Source of the DNA: Eledone cirrhosa
Lineage: Eukaryota
DNA: 64,000 nt
Direction of reading: 5' to 3'
Assembly (NCBI GenBank): GCA_964016885.1
Contig: OZ024743.1
Coordinates: forward strand, 340,938,001 to 341,002,000
Part shown: piece by piece, positions 15,601 through 28,284 of the stretch
Numbering within the stretch: position 1 is the first letter of the stretch
Layout: each line of letters opens with the position of its first letter
Notes under the pieces: model-generated
Told to the model about the DNA's origin: nothing
What the model saw: only the letters and a program-made list of their open reading frames with translations
The model's database searches: none
Position numbers and translations under genes: made by a program

Positions 15601-16916
15601 ATATATATATTTCTAAATCTTTCATGGTGTGGGCTATTTGTTTCCTGACATGGCTGTATCCAGGCGTTCAATTTTAGTATTATCTATTCATTTCAGATGT
15701 TACTTTGTGGACGGACTATGCCCGAACGGTTAATTAGTACGTTTCTCCATCATTAGGTCCCGGGTTTGGTTACATTGCGGAAAATTGTGTGCGTCATTTA
15801 CCGTAGCCTCGCATCGACCTATGCCTTGTGAGTGAAACTGAGTTGACTGTTTAGAAGTCCGTTGGATTGATAGTACATGCAATTAAAAAAGACAGCCGTG
15901 TTGCATATTGTATCATGTTGAATTTCTTTGAGAATTAAGTTAAGGAAACACGCGTCGGTGGAATGTTCAGTCACTTACACGTTAATGTTATGCAGAGGCT
16001 GTTCCATTGAACGAAAAATTGGAACAGATGGTAATGTATTGGTGCTTTAGGCCATACGGTTGACAGCCTTCAGTGGGATGGGCGGTTAGTTTTTATATGA
16101 CTGTAAGATGTAATATTTAGTTTCTGCAAGGACTGGAAAGATTCTTAGTTTAATTTAAAGATAAGGCCAAAGATATTTACTGTCTTCAGTTTATTCGATT
16201 GCCCCTGCCTTGCTGAATTAAGGTGAATGCTGTTATCATGGTAAATGCTGTTATTCCTTCTACGCTATTCGAACACTTGAGACCGTCATCCCTGTGTATG
16301 TATATGTTAGTGTTGCAACCCCCCACCCCTTTTTAATTTCATTGCTACTCCCTGTGGCATCAAACCTACTCATCCCATCTTCCTAAATAGGATATATCTC
16401 CGCGTTATCTTGGTGATACATATATGATTTCGTGCGGTGTTTGTGTATGTTCTAGCGAAGTCGATAGTTTTAGAAAGCCTTCGCTTATTGGAATATAATA
16501 GCCGCCAATTGTGCAAAATCTAAATATATTTTACTTTACGATAACATTGAAATGCTATGATAACTAGGGCGCTGTCATTTCAAAATCGATAAGCATTATT
16601 TAGACTTGTAGTCACTAACAATACACAATATATAGATTTATATGTTTGGAGAAATTATACTGATGTTTATCGGATTATATATATTATATATTTCCTCTTT
16701 TTCATTAATTCAGGGCCACCGTGTATAATATATCAGTATTAACAAACGTTTAAATATCCATTTTAATATATTTTTAATAGTTTAATTTTAGTTTAATACA
16801 TGAATATACTGTACCGATTGTGTTGTTATTTCTGTTTAGCTTTTACATACATACATACACACATACGTTCACACACACACACAAACATATATATATATAT
16901 ATAATATATATATATA

Positions 16917-17190
16917 TGAAATTATAAATGTAAGCTAACGCCGTATTTTGACTAAAGAAATTAAAGAAAATTATTTAGCCTGATAGTGGGGTTAAGAACC
17001 CTCGAATAAATAGAAAAAGATGAGTATTGACGTACATGTACGTCAATACTCATCTTTTTCCATTTATCCGAGGGTTCTTAACCCCACTATCAGGCTAAAT
17101 AATTTTCTTTAATTTCTTTAGTCAAAATACGGCGATAGCTTACATTTATAATTTCAAAACTCGCTCGCTGTTTCGAAAATATTCTTACTA
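16917..17190. repeat. Spacer-less 240-bp palindrome (16917-17156, centre 17036/17037) plus ~33-bp tail, in (TA)n
   Basis: Arms are reverse-complementary with only a few mismatches around GACGTACA|TGTACGTC. Confidence 0.9.
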
Positions 17191-17210
17191 TATATATATA
17201 TATATATATA

Positions 17211-17340
17211 AAGAAAAAAAGATGAAATCGAAAATGCAACTGGAGTCTTATTTAAAAAAATATATATAGATTTATTTGGTTCCTTTACCGGTTTCACAGT
17301 TCTTCTGCTTTTCAAAAGTAGAGTTGAGATGGAGGGGCTG
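17211..17340 (-). mobile_element. Short repeat 'family D' with U3-A8 variant hammerhead (17283-17318); second copy 57145-57350 (HHR 57282-57318)
   Basis: Near-identical ~130 bp at two loci; reverse strand CUU-UUGAAAA-GCAG(AAGAA)CUGY-GAAA-CCRG-UA-AAG. Confidence 0.7.
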
Positions 17341-17489
17341 TGGTCAGTGATTAATTTGTTATGTTATGTGTCTCTCCTTTGTTCTGTCCTACACCATCTT
17401 GAATGTATGTTTTGTGTCACACACATGTATATGCCTGTCTCTTTCTCAATATTGGGACTTGAAACATTAGGGAGCGTTTTTGTATCGTG

Positions 17490-17723
17490 CATGAACAGAA
17501 AAAAATGAATAGAATAGCAACAACAACAACAATACACAAACACACAATAGTGAACTAAGATAAATATAAATAAATATACACAGATACAATAACAACTACA
17601 CATAAATATACATAGATACAATAACAACTACACATAAATATACATAGATACAATAACAACAGGAGAAAACATAATAGCACCACTGATGATGTCACAGGTC
17701 GGTGATGAAAGAACTTTGATAGG

Positions 17724-17727
<4 letters not shown>
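17490..17727 (+). mobile_element. Related PLE pLTR fragment with hammerhead motif (17673-17727)
   Basis: Begins with sequence resembling the LNRKNEWNN ORF end. CUGAUGA-U-GUCAC(AGGUCG)GUGAU-GAAA-GAAC-UU has a different stem II sequence from the 7.2/20.7-kb copies but pairing is kept. Confidence 0.65.
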
Positions 17728-17754
<27 letters not shown>

Positions 17755-17756
<2 letters not shown>

Positions 17757-17868
17757 TTGAAAAAAAATGAAAACGAAATTTCATTTCTCACTCTTAGTAT
17801 GGCACTTACTTAAATGTAAGTATGTATGTATACGTACATACATATATGTATACAGACGTACAGTAGCA

Positions 17869-17920
<52 letters not shown>

Positions 17921-18239
17921 TACATACAGGTACACATACATATATGCACGCATCAGTTTAGCGGACGCTTATTATAACGCCGCTTTGTTCGTTTGTAAAC
18001 AAACTGAACAACCTGAATTTATGCCATACGGTGTTAAGGCAACCACGTCACCTTTTTGTTCAACACTGACACAGGAACGATGTACTAGTTTCAAGCTTGT
18101 TAGCTATCATCAGCACCGTATACCCATCTGCCAGATAGTTGAACGTTCGAAAGTATATACTTTCCTTATGAAAATTAACGGCTGAAAATTAGCGTCCGCT
18201 AAACTGATGCGTGCATATATATATGTGTACCTGTATGTA

Positions 18240-18250
<11 letters not shown>
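17755..18250 (-). mobile_element. Family C copy with short inverted piece (18190-18250)
   Basis: Homologous to 57.7-58.4 kb; (TA)n flanks. Confidence 0.82.
18077..18119 (-). ncRNA. Type-I hammerhead ribozyme of family C (another copy 37673-37715, -)
   Basis: ACGGUG-CUGAUGA-U-AGC(UAACAA)GCU-U-GAAA-CUAG-UA-CAUCGU: 6-bp stem I, palindromic stem III ACUAGU, GUA triplet. Confidence 0.8.
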
Positions 18251-18335
<85 letters not shown>

Positions 18336-18339
18336 CATA

Positions 18340-18430
<91 letters not shown>

Positions 18431-18982
18431 CGGCGATGAATTAATTTTGCGAGGTTTTTTATATGAAATCGTGTGTCGAAACAAATATTGTTATACTTGG
18501 GGAGAGTCATATTTGTGTAATATTGCCAGAATTAATAACAGAACACACTCACTGTTTGGTTGGTTTTCGCTTCTCGCTTCTGTGTCTTTTATATCGGTAA
18601 TCTAACTTACTCAGTCCTCAATGTTGCCATTGACTGACCGACGGTCAAAAATAATACAGATACAATATAGACACAAACACATATATATATTTTATCATAA
18701 ATCTTTCGTTGCACATCTGCAACATCGTCAGTGGTGCTATATTTTCCTCCTGTTGTATTGTATGTCTACGCCATTTTTATTCAGTCTGTCTATATATTTA
18801 TTTATTTATTTGCTTGTTTGTTTATTTTATTTTGTCTTCTTTGCCCATGCGTTTGCGTGTGTGTAAAGTGTTTTGTTTGCTGTGTGATGGGTGACTAGTG
18901 TTTGTTTATGTGCTTGTTGTTATTGTGCTTGTGTATGTATTTATTTATTTATTTATTTATTTATTTTATTTTATTTACTTAT

Positions 18983-20370
18983 TTATACTTCTCTTATGTC
19001 AGTGTTGTTTGTTTGGGTGTTTTTGTTATTCCATTCATTCTTTCTGTTTAGTCTTGGTCTTCTAATTTCTATTTCACTGGCCTCTCTGATTTGCCTATCT
19101 GCTGGGTCATTTCTATGTTTAGATATTATTCTAATTTCTATGTTGTCTATGTTACCGTCATGTTGTTGTCTAGCATGTTCGTATAGTACGGACCCGTTTT
19201 TTCGTCCTTTTAGTTCCCCCCAGTGTTGGTCTATCCTTTCACCTATGCTACGAGCTGTCTCACCTATGTATGTTGTTGTCATGTTTCTGCAAGTACCCTC
19301 TGTACATCTTATGCTATAGCCTACGTTTCTAGTTTTACAGTTTATCCGGGGGTTCACCTTACATATGATACATTTCCTATTGGTACAGTGGGTTTTCTTA
19401 AAAGGGTAGGTTTTGCTGATCAGGGATTTTATGGTGGTTCCTGGCTTTTCTCCCACCTTTATTTTTAAGTCGGTCTTTCTCAGGGCCTTTCTACACTGGT
19501 TAGCTAATTTCCCTCCAGGGGTAGCGTCCACAAACATGACACTCTAGTATCTCTGGTTGTCGTACCATGAGGTGGCTTTCCCTATCTTATCTCTAGCCCT
19601 ATCTAAGCTATTGCATGATTTGCTCCTGTATAATGGGCAAATTCCTTTCATGTCCAGTTCTATGAGGGTCTTATACTTCTCCATGGTTCCTTCGTATACT
19701 CTGACTCTGTCTCTTTGGTTGTAGCCAGAGAACTGCATACGGTTGATGAAGTGTTGGATGTGTCCTTCCATTTCTGTTGGGTCGCACATGCGGGACACAT
19801 TCTTCATCACTCGTACCAAATCTGCGATCAGAATATTAAACTTAGCACTACTGGACATTGCTGAGTTTTTGAGTATCAGGTATTTGGAGGCCATGGGTTT
19901 AGCATAGTGTGAGTGGAGAATTTGGGCTTTCTCGTCTATAGTGTTAATCCAGAGTTCTGTGTCTAATACAGGTAGTCTATTGTTAGGGTGTTTGGAAGGG
20001 AAGTCGATAGTTACAGTTATACCCTGGTGTATGGAATTAGCTATCTGCTGGATGCTTTCCCTCGTGCTACGTTCTAAATCAAACTTGTTAGTGCTCTCTA
20101 GTGGGGGTGTTCTTATAACTATATTGATATCGTCTACATAACGAGAGTACATGATGAGGTCTATGGAGCTCTCATTAAGGAGATCTTTAAGTCTCCTTTC
20201 CCACCATACCATAAAAGGTTGGCAACATCACCAGCTATGCTGACGCCGATGGCTGCTCCCTCATTTTGGGTGTAGATCTTCTCGTTGAACATAAATATGT
20301 GGCCCTTTAGGGTAGTTTTGATACTAGCCCCTATTGCATGTGCGACCATTTTTCTTACCTGATCATTGTT
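18983..20370 (-). pseudogene. PLE reverse transcriptase + GIY-YIG endonuclease (frameshift ~20212, in-frame TAG at 19544-19546)
   Basis: FNEKIYTQNEGAAIGVSIAGDVAN, YSRYVDDI and LPVLD (RT); Cys-rich linker CTNRKCIIC; CKTRNVGYSIRC...YIGETARSIGERIDQH...E...LN (GIY-YIG). Confidence 0.92.
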
Positions 20371-20665
20371 TTGGAATAACAAAAACACCCAAACAAACAA
20401 CACTGACCTAAGAGAAGTATAAATAAGTAAATAAAATAAAATAAAATAAATAAAGAAATAAATAAATACATACACAAGCACAATAACAACAAGCACATAA
20501 ACACACACTAGTCACCCATCACACAGCAAACAAAACACTATACACACACGCAAACGCATGCGCAAAGAAGACAAAATAAAATAAACAAACAAGCAAATAA
20601 ATAAATAAATATATAGACAGACTGAATAAAAATTGCGTAGACGTACAATACAACAGGAGGAAAAT

Positions 20666-20720
20666 ATAGCACCACTGACGATGTTGCAGATGTGCAACGA
20701 AAGATTTATGATAAACTATA
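20666..20720 (+). ncRNA. Minimal type-I hammerhead motif in PLE pLTR (mirror copy on - strand 18690-18741)
   Basis: CUGACGA-U-GUUGCA(GAUG)UGCAAC-GAAA-GAUU-UA-UGAU; HHRs in pLTRs are an established PLE feature. Confidence 0.7.
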
Positions 20721-20961
20721 TATATGTGTTTGTGTCTATATTGTATCTGTATTATTTTTGACCGTCGGTCAGTCAATGGCAACATTGAGGACCGAGTAAG
20801 TTAGATTACCGATATAAAAGACACAGAAGCGAGAAGCGAAAACCTACCAAACAGTGAGTGTGTTCTGTTATTAATTCTGGCAATATTACACAAATATGAC
20901 CCTCCCCAAGTATAACAATATATATATATATATATATAAATATTTATACACATACACAAAC

Positions 20962-21031
<70 letters not shown>

Positions 21032-21039
<8 letters not shown>

Positions 21040-21720
21040 GATTTCCAGACGTTGACTGAGATCGGTCTGTCCGTCTCTCCGTTGTTTTTTTCCATATTCT
21101 TTGTCCCGGGAAAAAGAATATGGAAAAACACAGCGGAAAGACGGACAGTCCCATCTCAGTCAACCTCTGGAAATCACTACGGTTTCGATTTATTAAGGTC
21201 GATACCAACTTTCCAGGCAAATTACATAAATATAGAGTGCGAATGGGGAGAAATAGTAAAACAGAAGAACGTTCTCCAACGTGCAGACAAAGAAGGACAC
21301 TGACACGTAGAAAAGATAAGAAGGGAGAATAGGGAAAACAGGCCGGGCTTTGTGATGTCTATTATATATAAGTAAATGTATGCCTCCGATGGCTGAGCTC
21401 CGGCCGTTTCTACAACTATATCTGATCTGAAGCGCCGGTATTCGGGCGGCGGGAATGTAGTTGGCCTCCTCGGGGAGTAGAATCCATATATGGGCAGACA
21501 GTCTATGCATAAAAAATCTTTAAAGTTCTCTTGTTTTTCGTTTTTTTTCGTGGAATGGTCAGTGATCGGGGAGGTTTGTACATTCATTCTAATGTACCAC
21601 TTCGTATAGTTAGCTGTTTTAGTCCTGCTTTATCTTGATAAATGTATTAAATTATCTTTATCTAGGGCTGTGGGTAGGTATGTCTATCAAAGCATTAATC
21701 ACCTGGTTGGCTTCTTGATT
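21032..21720 (-). mobile_element. Cluster of decayed PLE-like fragments with terminal palindrome (21032-21183)
   Basis: Hairpin centred on CCCGGG; reverse-strand remnants KQLTIRS and E-NF...DCLPIYGFY resemble the PLE linker and EN C-terminus. Confidence 0.5.
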
Positions 21721-22002
21721 TATTATAGTCAGACTGGCAAAACTATGAAAAACTAAACGGAATGATTCCTCGGAGAATTGGGTGATTAAATCTGCTGATC
21801 TGAAAATGTTAGGCCTGCTAGTAGATCGCAAACGTATTTAAGAAAGAATTCTACCTTATCAAAAACATTTATAGCATGTCTGTAAAATTAACATTGTACT
21901 TAGCTACATTAGGTTCTAAACGAAAAAACCAAAACAAAAAAAAAACAACGAGATAAATTTTAATTTTGGATTATCTAAGTCAAAGGAATTAGTATTATGC
22001 GT

Positions 22003-22033
<31 letters not shown>

Positions 22034-22251
22034 TATTTATCTACGATTTGCTGAATGGCTAAGAATTTATACGCTATTACTGTATCCAATCATCATAGAA
22101 ATTTCTAGTTTTCAATTGCTCTATGGCCCGGGAAAGGCGGCATTTTCACTTATTTACTTATTTCGTACGCAAATAAATCTACAATTAATGTTACAGATAG
22201 TTTTTGTTATTTTGATTCTCCTGCTATCGTTAGTTTGCTAAGCATCTAGAG

Positions 22252-22485
22252 CAGGCATGGGCAACCTTTTTCGAGTAGCCAGCCACAAGGGCGAATTTAC
22301 ATTCGCGCTCTCATTAAAAAAAAGGGTGTCAACTCAGGTTGTTTTGATTTTCTTCAGAATTCGTAAAAATAATAGAAAGATAAATTACGACAGGAAAGTT
22401 GGGGTAACAAATCAGAAAGATTTCAATTAGATGACCTAGGCGAGTCATTCAAAAAGCTTCGCGGGCCGCAGGTTGCCCATGACTG
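22252..22485. mobile_element. hAT (Charlie-type) MITE
   Basis: TIRs CAGGCATGGGCAACC / GGTTGCCCATGACTG; perfect 8-bp TSD ATCTAGAG. Confidence 0.9.
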
Positions 22486-22506
22486 ATCTAGAGTAGTATG
22501 AATTTT

Positions 22507-22574
<68 letters not shown>

Positions 22575-22577
<3 letters not shown>

Positions 22578-22886
22578 ACTCCGTCGGTTACGATGACGCG
22601 TTTTCTTGTTGATCCGATCAACACAACAGCCTGCTCATGAAATTAACGTGAAAGTGGCTGAGCATTCAACAGACTCCCGTATCCTCATTGTAGTTCTTAG
22701 GGAGATTCAACGTGTTACAAAATGTGACAAGGCGGACTCTTCGAGTTACATGTATAACTCATTTTTGCCAGCTGAGTGGACTGGAGCAACGTGAAATAAA
22801 GGGCCTTGCTTAAGGCCACAATCTACCGCCGGGAATCAAACTCACGAACTTACGAATACCCTAACCACAAAGCCACGAGCCTTCAC
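22575..22886 (-). mobile_element. tRNA-derived SINE family 2 (relatives 28410-28622 -, ~52670-52860 -, ~59720-59960 -, ~15715-16025 +)
   Basis: Reverse strand GTGAAGGCGTGTGGCTGAGTGGTTAGGG...GAGTTCGATTCC head (read from the 28.6-kb copy), then GAGCAAGACACTTTATTTCACGTTGCTCC (CORE/V-like domain). Confidence 0.78.
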
Positions 22887-24152
22887 AATTGTCTATTATA
22901 TGATAGCTTAAAAAAAGGCCCGCATGACTTAGTCTTTAGAATATACATTCAAAATAGGGAGCGCACAGGACAAAGAATATGAAAAAAACAAAACAAAACA
23001 AACAAAACAAAACAAACAAAAACAAATGGAAAGACGGACAATCCCAACTCTTTAGAAATTCTACAGTTTAGATATATATATTTCTTATATATATATTCAC
23101 TGAATTTAGCCATTGGCACAATGGTACTGCTTTTGCTTAATACTATTTACAGACTTGATACTATGTTTATACGCCCCAGGAATTTCTTTCTGTTTGTTCT
23201 TTGATTTGGCTACCTTTTGTCCGTTGGTTTTCTAAGTTGCTTTCTTCTTTGCGCATAGGATTTGAAGCAATCTCTTTTAAATTTTGATCAATTGGACTTT
23301 TGTGAATCTATACTTCTTTTGTTGGACATTGGATTTGTAAGTCTTTTATATTCACACTGTTTCAATTTGGGACTTGTTAGTTAACTGTATATTTCAGAAT
23401 CACTTCCTCCTCATTTTCTCCCATTTCCCTCTCCATTCCAATATGTTATATATAGCACAAGGCCAGGATTTAGAAGAAGAAGAAAGTCGATTATATCGAC
23501 ACGAGTACTTAACCGAAACTTTATGATGCTATATACAATACATATTTATTTATTAAAAGGCTAAACGTTTCTGCGGGGAGAAATACACAACGGCAAACAA
23601 AGATAAATACGCGAGATTATCAAGTCAAGCCAGCATCTAATATTGAACAGATGTAGTTGAATTGTGTTCTATACCACTTTGAGGAAGTGTGCCAAACATT
23701 TTAACATTTAATAATAGACACTAACATTAAGAAGTAAACGACAAGACATTATAACTCTTTTAGTTTCTTCCTAAATGGTTAAATGATTATTTCACTATCA
23801 TTTAAATGGAGGTGTTCGATAGTGTGTTAAACTTGCTATAGATAACACTACGAAATTCTCCATAGGCTCCACAGAGTATACTTTCAAATCTAAGAATAAC
23901 CAATACATTTCATTCCCACAGTAGGGAAACAGAGGTATCACGTCTCCTAAATACATCTGGAATTTTGAAGGACACATATACCCTTCGGTGTTTTATGAAA
24001 TTTTGATCACACGTCTCTATACGATTATTTCACCACCCCTCGTTTTATATAATTGGTTTGACCAAATCCGTGTGTATTGTAACCTGTTTTATTATAAGAT
24101 GTATCGTATTGCATGGGCAAACCCTTGTGGTCAATAAACAGATATTTACTAT

Positions 24153-24572
24153 CGGTGAATTGGCAGTATCGGTAGAGGGTCGGACGCCATGCTTCCCAGC
24201 ATAGTTACGTCCCTTTACGGGCTGAGTTCAAATCCCGTTGAAGTTAACTTTGCCTTTCATCCTTACGGGGTCGATAAAATAAAGTACCAGTAATGTACTG
24301 GGCAATTGCTGGCCTTGTGCCAAAATTAGAAACAATTATTATTACTTCCAAATTTGATGTAATGAGAGAAATCATTAAAACGTGGGGAAAATGCTTTGCA
24401 GCATATGTTCCGGCTCTTTACGTCCTGCGTGTTTATCTTACCATGGTCAATTTTGACTTTCATCCATCAGGGATCGATAGAATAAAGTGCCAGTACAGAA
24501 CTTGGTCTATATAATGAATTTATTCTCAACACATTGCTGACCTTCTGCCTGAATTAGAAACCATTATTATTA
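24153..24572 (+). mobile_element. SINE family 1 copy (24153-24341) plus older decayed copy (~24385-24572)
   Basis: Homology to the consensus. Confidence 0.85.
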
Positions 24573-24575
24573 TTG

Positions 24576-24791
24576 TTACTTTGATATCTCACTCATTGTT
24601 GTTATTTAACAGGGAAATTTGCCCTAATGAATATCAAGCCACTACCTGCAGCCTCAGATATTCAGGAAGTATCGGAGGTTCCTTGCTGTTCTCAGTAGGC
24701 ATGCCCACTGGAGTGTCCCCAAAAAGGGAGCTGGGCTAATGTTCTTTAACCAGTCTTGGAAGCTTTTCGAGATAGTACCCCGTGCTCCTAT
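24576..24791 (-). mobile_element. 3' end of REL-endonuclease (R4/Dong-like) non-LTR element
   Basis: IGARGTISKSFQDWLKNI...LQWACLLRTARNLRYFL matches the IGALG...LQKAxLLGTARILR C-terminal motif. Confidence 0.7.
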
Positions 24792-26545
24792 GGCGGGAAT
24801 GGGAGGTGGGGTAGCAGTGCTTTTTATGAAAATTCAGAATCTTGAGATAAGATGATCTTCCTGGACCCGGACGGTAAGTTGCTGGTCCTGGACGTGAGCA
24901 ATAATGAAGGTGGTGCTTTTAGACTGGTGGCCGTCTACGCCCCAACCGGGACGGACGGCTGGAATTCTCTAGGTGCTTGGAAGACGTTTTGGGAAAGTTT
25001 CCCCCTTTTCTGTTAGCGGACGATTGGAACGGTATCTTAGATGCACGCTGGAATTGTGTGTGAGTTGTTGATAGGAGCTAGGATTGCAAAAGCCTAAAGT
25101 ACCTGATCAATCAGTGCCAACTGTCTGACAGGTACCGACAAGATTCCCCTAATGCGCCAGAGTGGACCTGGACCAACCACATAGGATTATCTAGATCGTA
25201 TATAGATAGGTTTTTCGTTAGCTCAAGAAGCGATTAGAAATGGCAATACAACTGACGTGTTAGAAGCGAGAACCACGATTCAGTCCTTAATGGGCAGAGA
25301 CCAACGCGTGCTAAACGATTTCAGGAAGATGTGTTCGGCCTTTCGCTAGTACTTTGCTCAGCTGTTCAGAGTGAGCAGGGAATCACAGATAGTAGCGGAC
25401 TGCAGTTACTGCATCGACGGCCTATAGCGTCTCTCACCAGACGATGCTGAGTGCTGCGAAAGGCCAATAACTTAAGCCGAGATTCGGAATGGCCTGATAG
25501 GTTGTACGATGTGTGAAACATGCGCTGAGGCTACGGCATCTTTCGTTATGAGTTGTGAATAAGTGTGGTCGACGTTTGTGGACTGCAGTCCTTGTTCAAG
25601 AAGAAAGTGAGACTGGGCGACTGACATCTAGAAAATTTGCTAGGGGCTCACTGCCCTCTATCAGGAGGACAATGTGGTTAGCAGAAATTCCACTCTAGGA
25701 TTCTATTAGTGGTGGCCATGTGCGATTACGCTCTTGGAGAAGTGCTGGGCGTCGACAAAATCGAACTACCAGTCTGTTCGGGAGATCTTTCGAACTGGGG
25801 ACTATGGATAACTTCCAGAACTCCCTCGATTGCCAGGGCCACTAGGGGCGACTGTCGGTTAGGGATACACTCTACAGGCCCGGAAGTGAGGTCAGATGAG
25901 CCTGCCCAAGATGCGCGCAGAACGAACGACGAAACCGTTCCGCACGCACGCGTCTAATGACCGTGCATTACTGATTTGTAATGTCATATCGAACAGCTTG
26001 GATGGATTCGGCTATCGACTGTGTCCATAGTGAAGATCGCCTCGCTGCCTTTTTTTGGTCGGGAAGGGCAGGCAGTTTTCCTCTGACTGGTGACCTTTGA
26101 GAAAGTCGTTGTGTGGTGGGTGAGGTGGAAAGGACTGTTGACTGACACTTCTCTTCGGTCAATCCCTTTTTCAAGTTTCTCTTGGAAAGGAAGGTGAGTG
26201 TGGAGAGAGAAGTGCTGCCCACCCCAGTACATTTGTTAAAAGATGGGTGAATGTTGCGAGAGTTTCCCGTGTGAATGGGCCTACTCTGAGCATGTGCCAG
26301 TAGACTGGCTGATTTGAAGAAGAGAGGGTTGCCTTCTTCGAGCGTTCTCGGATCATCGGGTTGTTCAGTATTAGTGGGATTCCTGATTCGCTCCTGGAAT
26401 ATTCATTGTTGTAATTGTTTTGTTTATTGTTATTGTTTTTTATATATTTTGTTTACTCGATTTTATTGTACCCCCCCCCCCCCACTGTCCCTGTCTATTG
26501 CATTGTCTACCCTATGTAGGTCCGTGTGGCCAATAAAGAAACAAT
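24792..26545 (+). mobile_element. Decayed, internally deleted Tx1/L1-type LINE
   Basis: GGGVAVL, LDPDGKLLVLD, GAFRLVAVYAP, SRSYIDRF followed by 3' homology to the 44.5-45.5 kb end, including AATAAAGAAA. Confidence 0.85.
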
Positions 26546-26557
26546 TATTGTTATTAT

Positions 26558-26796
26558 GGTCGGACGCCATGCTTTGAAGCATAGTGTTACGCCCTTTTAC
26601 GGTCTGAGTTTAAATCCCGCCTAGGTTAACTGTACCTTTCATCCTTATGGGGTCGATAAAATAAAGTACCAGTAACGTACTGGTATAATTTGTGACCTAG
26701 TGCCACAAGTAGAAACAATTATTATTGTTATTAGTAATAGTAGTAATAGTAATAGCAACAGCAGAAGCAGCAGCAATAGTGGTAGTAGTAGTAGTG

Positions 26797-26833
<37 letters not shown>

Positions 26834-26898
26834 TAGTAGTAGTAGTAGCAGTAGCAGTAGTAGTAGTAGCAGTAGTAGTAGTGGTAGTGTTAGTAGCG

Positions 26899-26931
<33 letters not shown>

Positions 26932-27190
26932 CTAGTAGTAGTAGTTATAGTACTACTACTAATATTAGACCAGTGAGTGGGCAGTATCTGTAGAACCTTG
27001 GACAACATGCTTTTCGGCATATTCTTATGCCGAATTCTTTACTTTCTTTGTTCAAATCCTGCGCGTTATCTTTGCCTTTCACCGTTACGGTGTCGATACA
27101 TAAATACCAGTAACGCACTGGGCTCGATTTAATCGACTCTTCCCTTCCCTTCATATTGGTGACCTTGTGCCAAAAGTAGAAATAATTATT
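26558..27190 (+). mobile_element. Two SINE family 1 copies (26558-26722; ~26975-27190) separated by an (AGT)n tract
   Basis: Homology; the (ATT)n tail grades into (AGT)n at 26730-26960. Confidence 0.8.
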
Positions 27191-28251
27191 ATTAATGTAT
27201 TCAATATCATTATGATGCCTACTAAATGTCAAGTGTAAACTAAGGATGTATTATAATTCATAATACTAGGTATATCACTGATAAGGAAATAGAATCATGT
27301 TATATAATTAGATACTTCTCATCTCATCAATAGTTTCGTATATAACGCCGAATGTACGATCAATGGAATATTATCTTTGCTAGAAGTGCATAATTTAATC
27401 ATCTCAGCATACTCATAATAGTTTTGATCATCGACACCATAATCACCAGAATAATTATCACCACCGTGATCATAGGTTTCATTATCCTCTTCTCCTTCGT
27501 CGTCATCATCATCCTCATCATTATCCTCTTCCTCCTTCTCATCATCATTATAATCATCTTCATGGTCGTCATCATCGTCGTCGTTGTCGTCATCTTCATA
27601 ATCACCGTTTAGTTAGAAGATATACTTATTTTCTGATGCGGACCCCAAAGATTTCTAAACTTGATTCAAGATATTTATAATTGCTTTTCAATCTACAGGC
27701 CAATACATTAACCTGGCATGTTTACGTATCTAAATACACCATGTAACAATTCACATATGCATTCGCACAGTCTTGGTTACCTATATACTGTACACTTATA
27801 AAGATTTAAATTAATCGTACTTGGCAGCTGCTTAATACACAATTTAAGAGGAAAGCACAAACGGGGGACAATCCCTTGAATAGTTGTCTGCTGGAGATCA
27901 CGCACATTTCAACGCATTAAAAACAATATGTCTATGCCCCATTGTGTCAATAACTATTGGCAGTTATTGGGGATAAAAGGAGACAGAAAAGAAATTAAAC
28001 AGAAGGGGAAAAATAGAAAAAAAACGCAGAGAACATAGCGAAAAAGAGAAGAACACAAGAAGCACATGCACACGCAAACACACACACACACATATGTATA
28101 TATATCAAATAGGATTAGGTACGACGGAATTATTTCAACATAATTGGTTTATTGCATGATATATTGTTGAAAGGTTATGGCTGTGACTTCATGGGACGCT
28201 TATGCTATCATAAGTCCAGTTATATAAACAACTCATCTCCTTCACCGACAT

Positions 28252-28284
<33 letters not shown>

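Larger units (their letters stand above)
18430..20920 (-). mobile_element. Penelope-like retroelement, 5'-truncated, with inverted pseudo-LTRs (18485-19033 vs 20372-20920) and 3' tail (18430-18484), inserted in (TA)n
   Basis: ~550-bp inverted repeats flank RT and GIY-YIG coding sequence; each arm carries a hammerhead motif; (TA)n on both sides. Confidence 0.93.

Noticed and set aside
19544-19546. In-frame stop between PLE RT and EN as possible selenocysteine/readthrough
   Set aside because: The codon is TAG, not TGA, and the copy also has a frameshift; simple decay is more likely.
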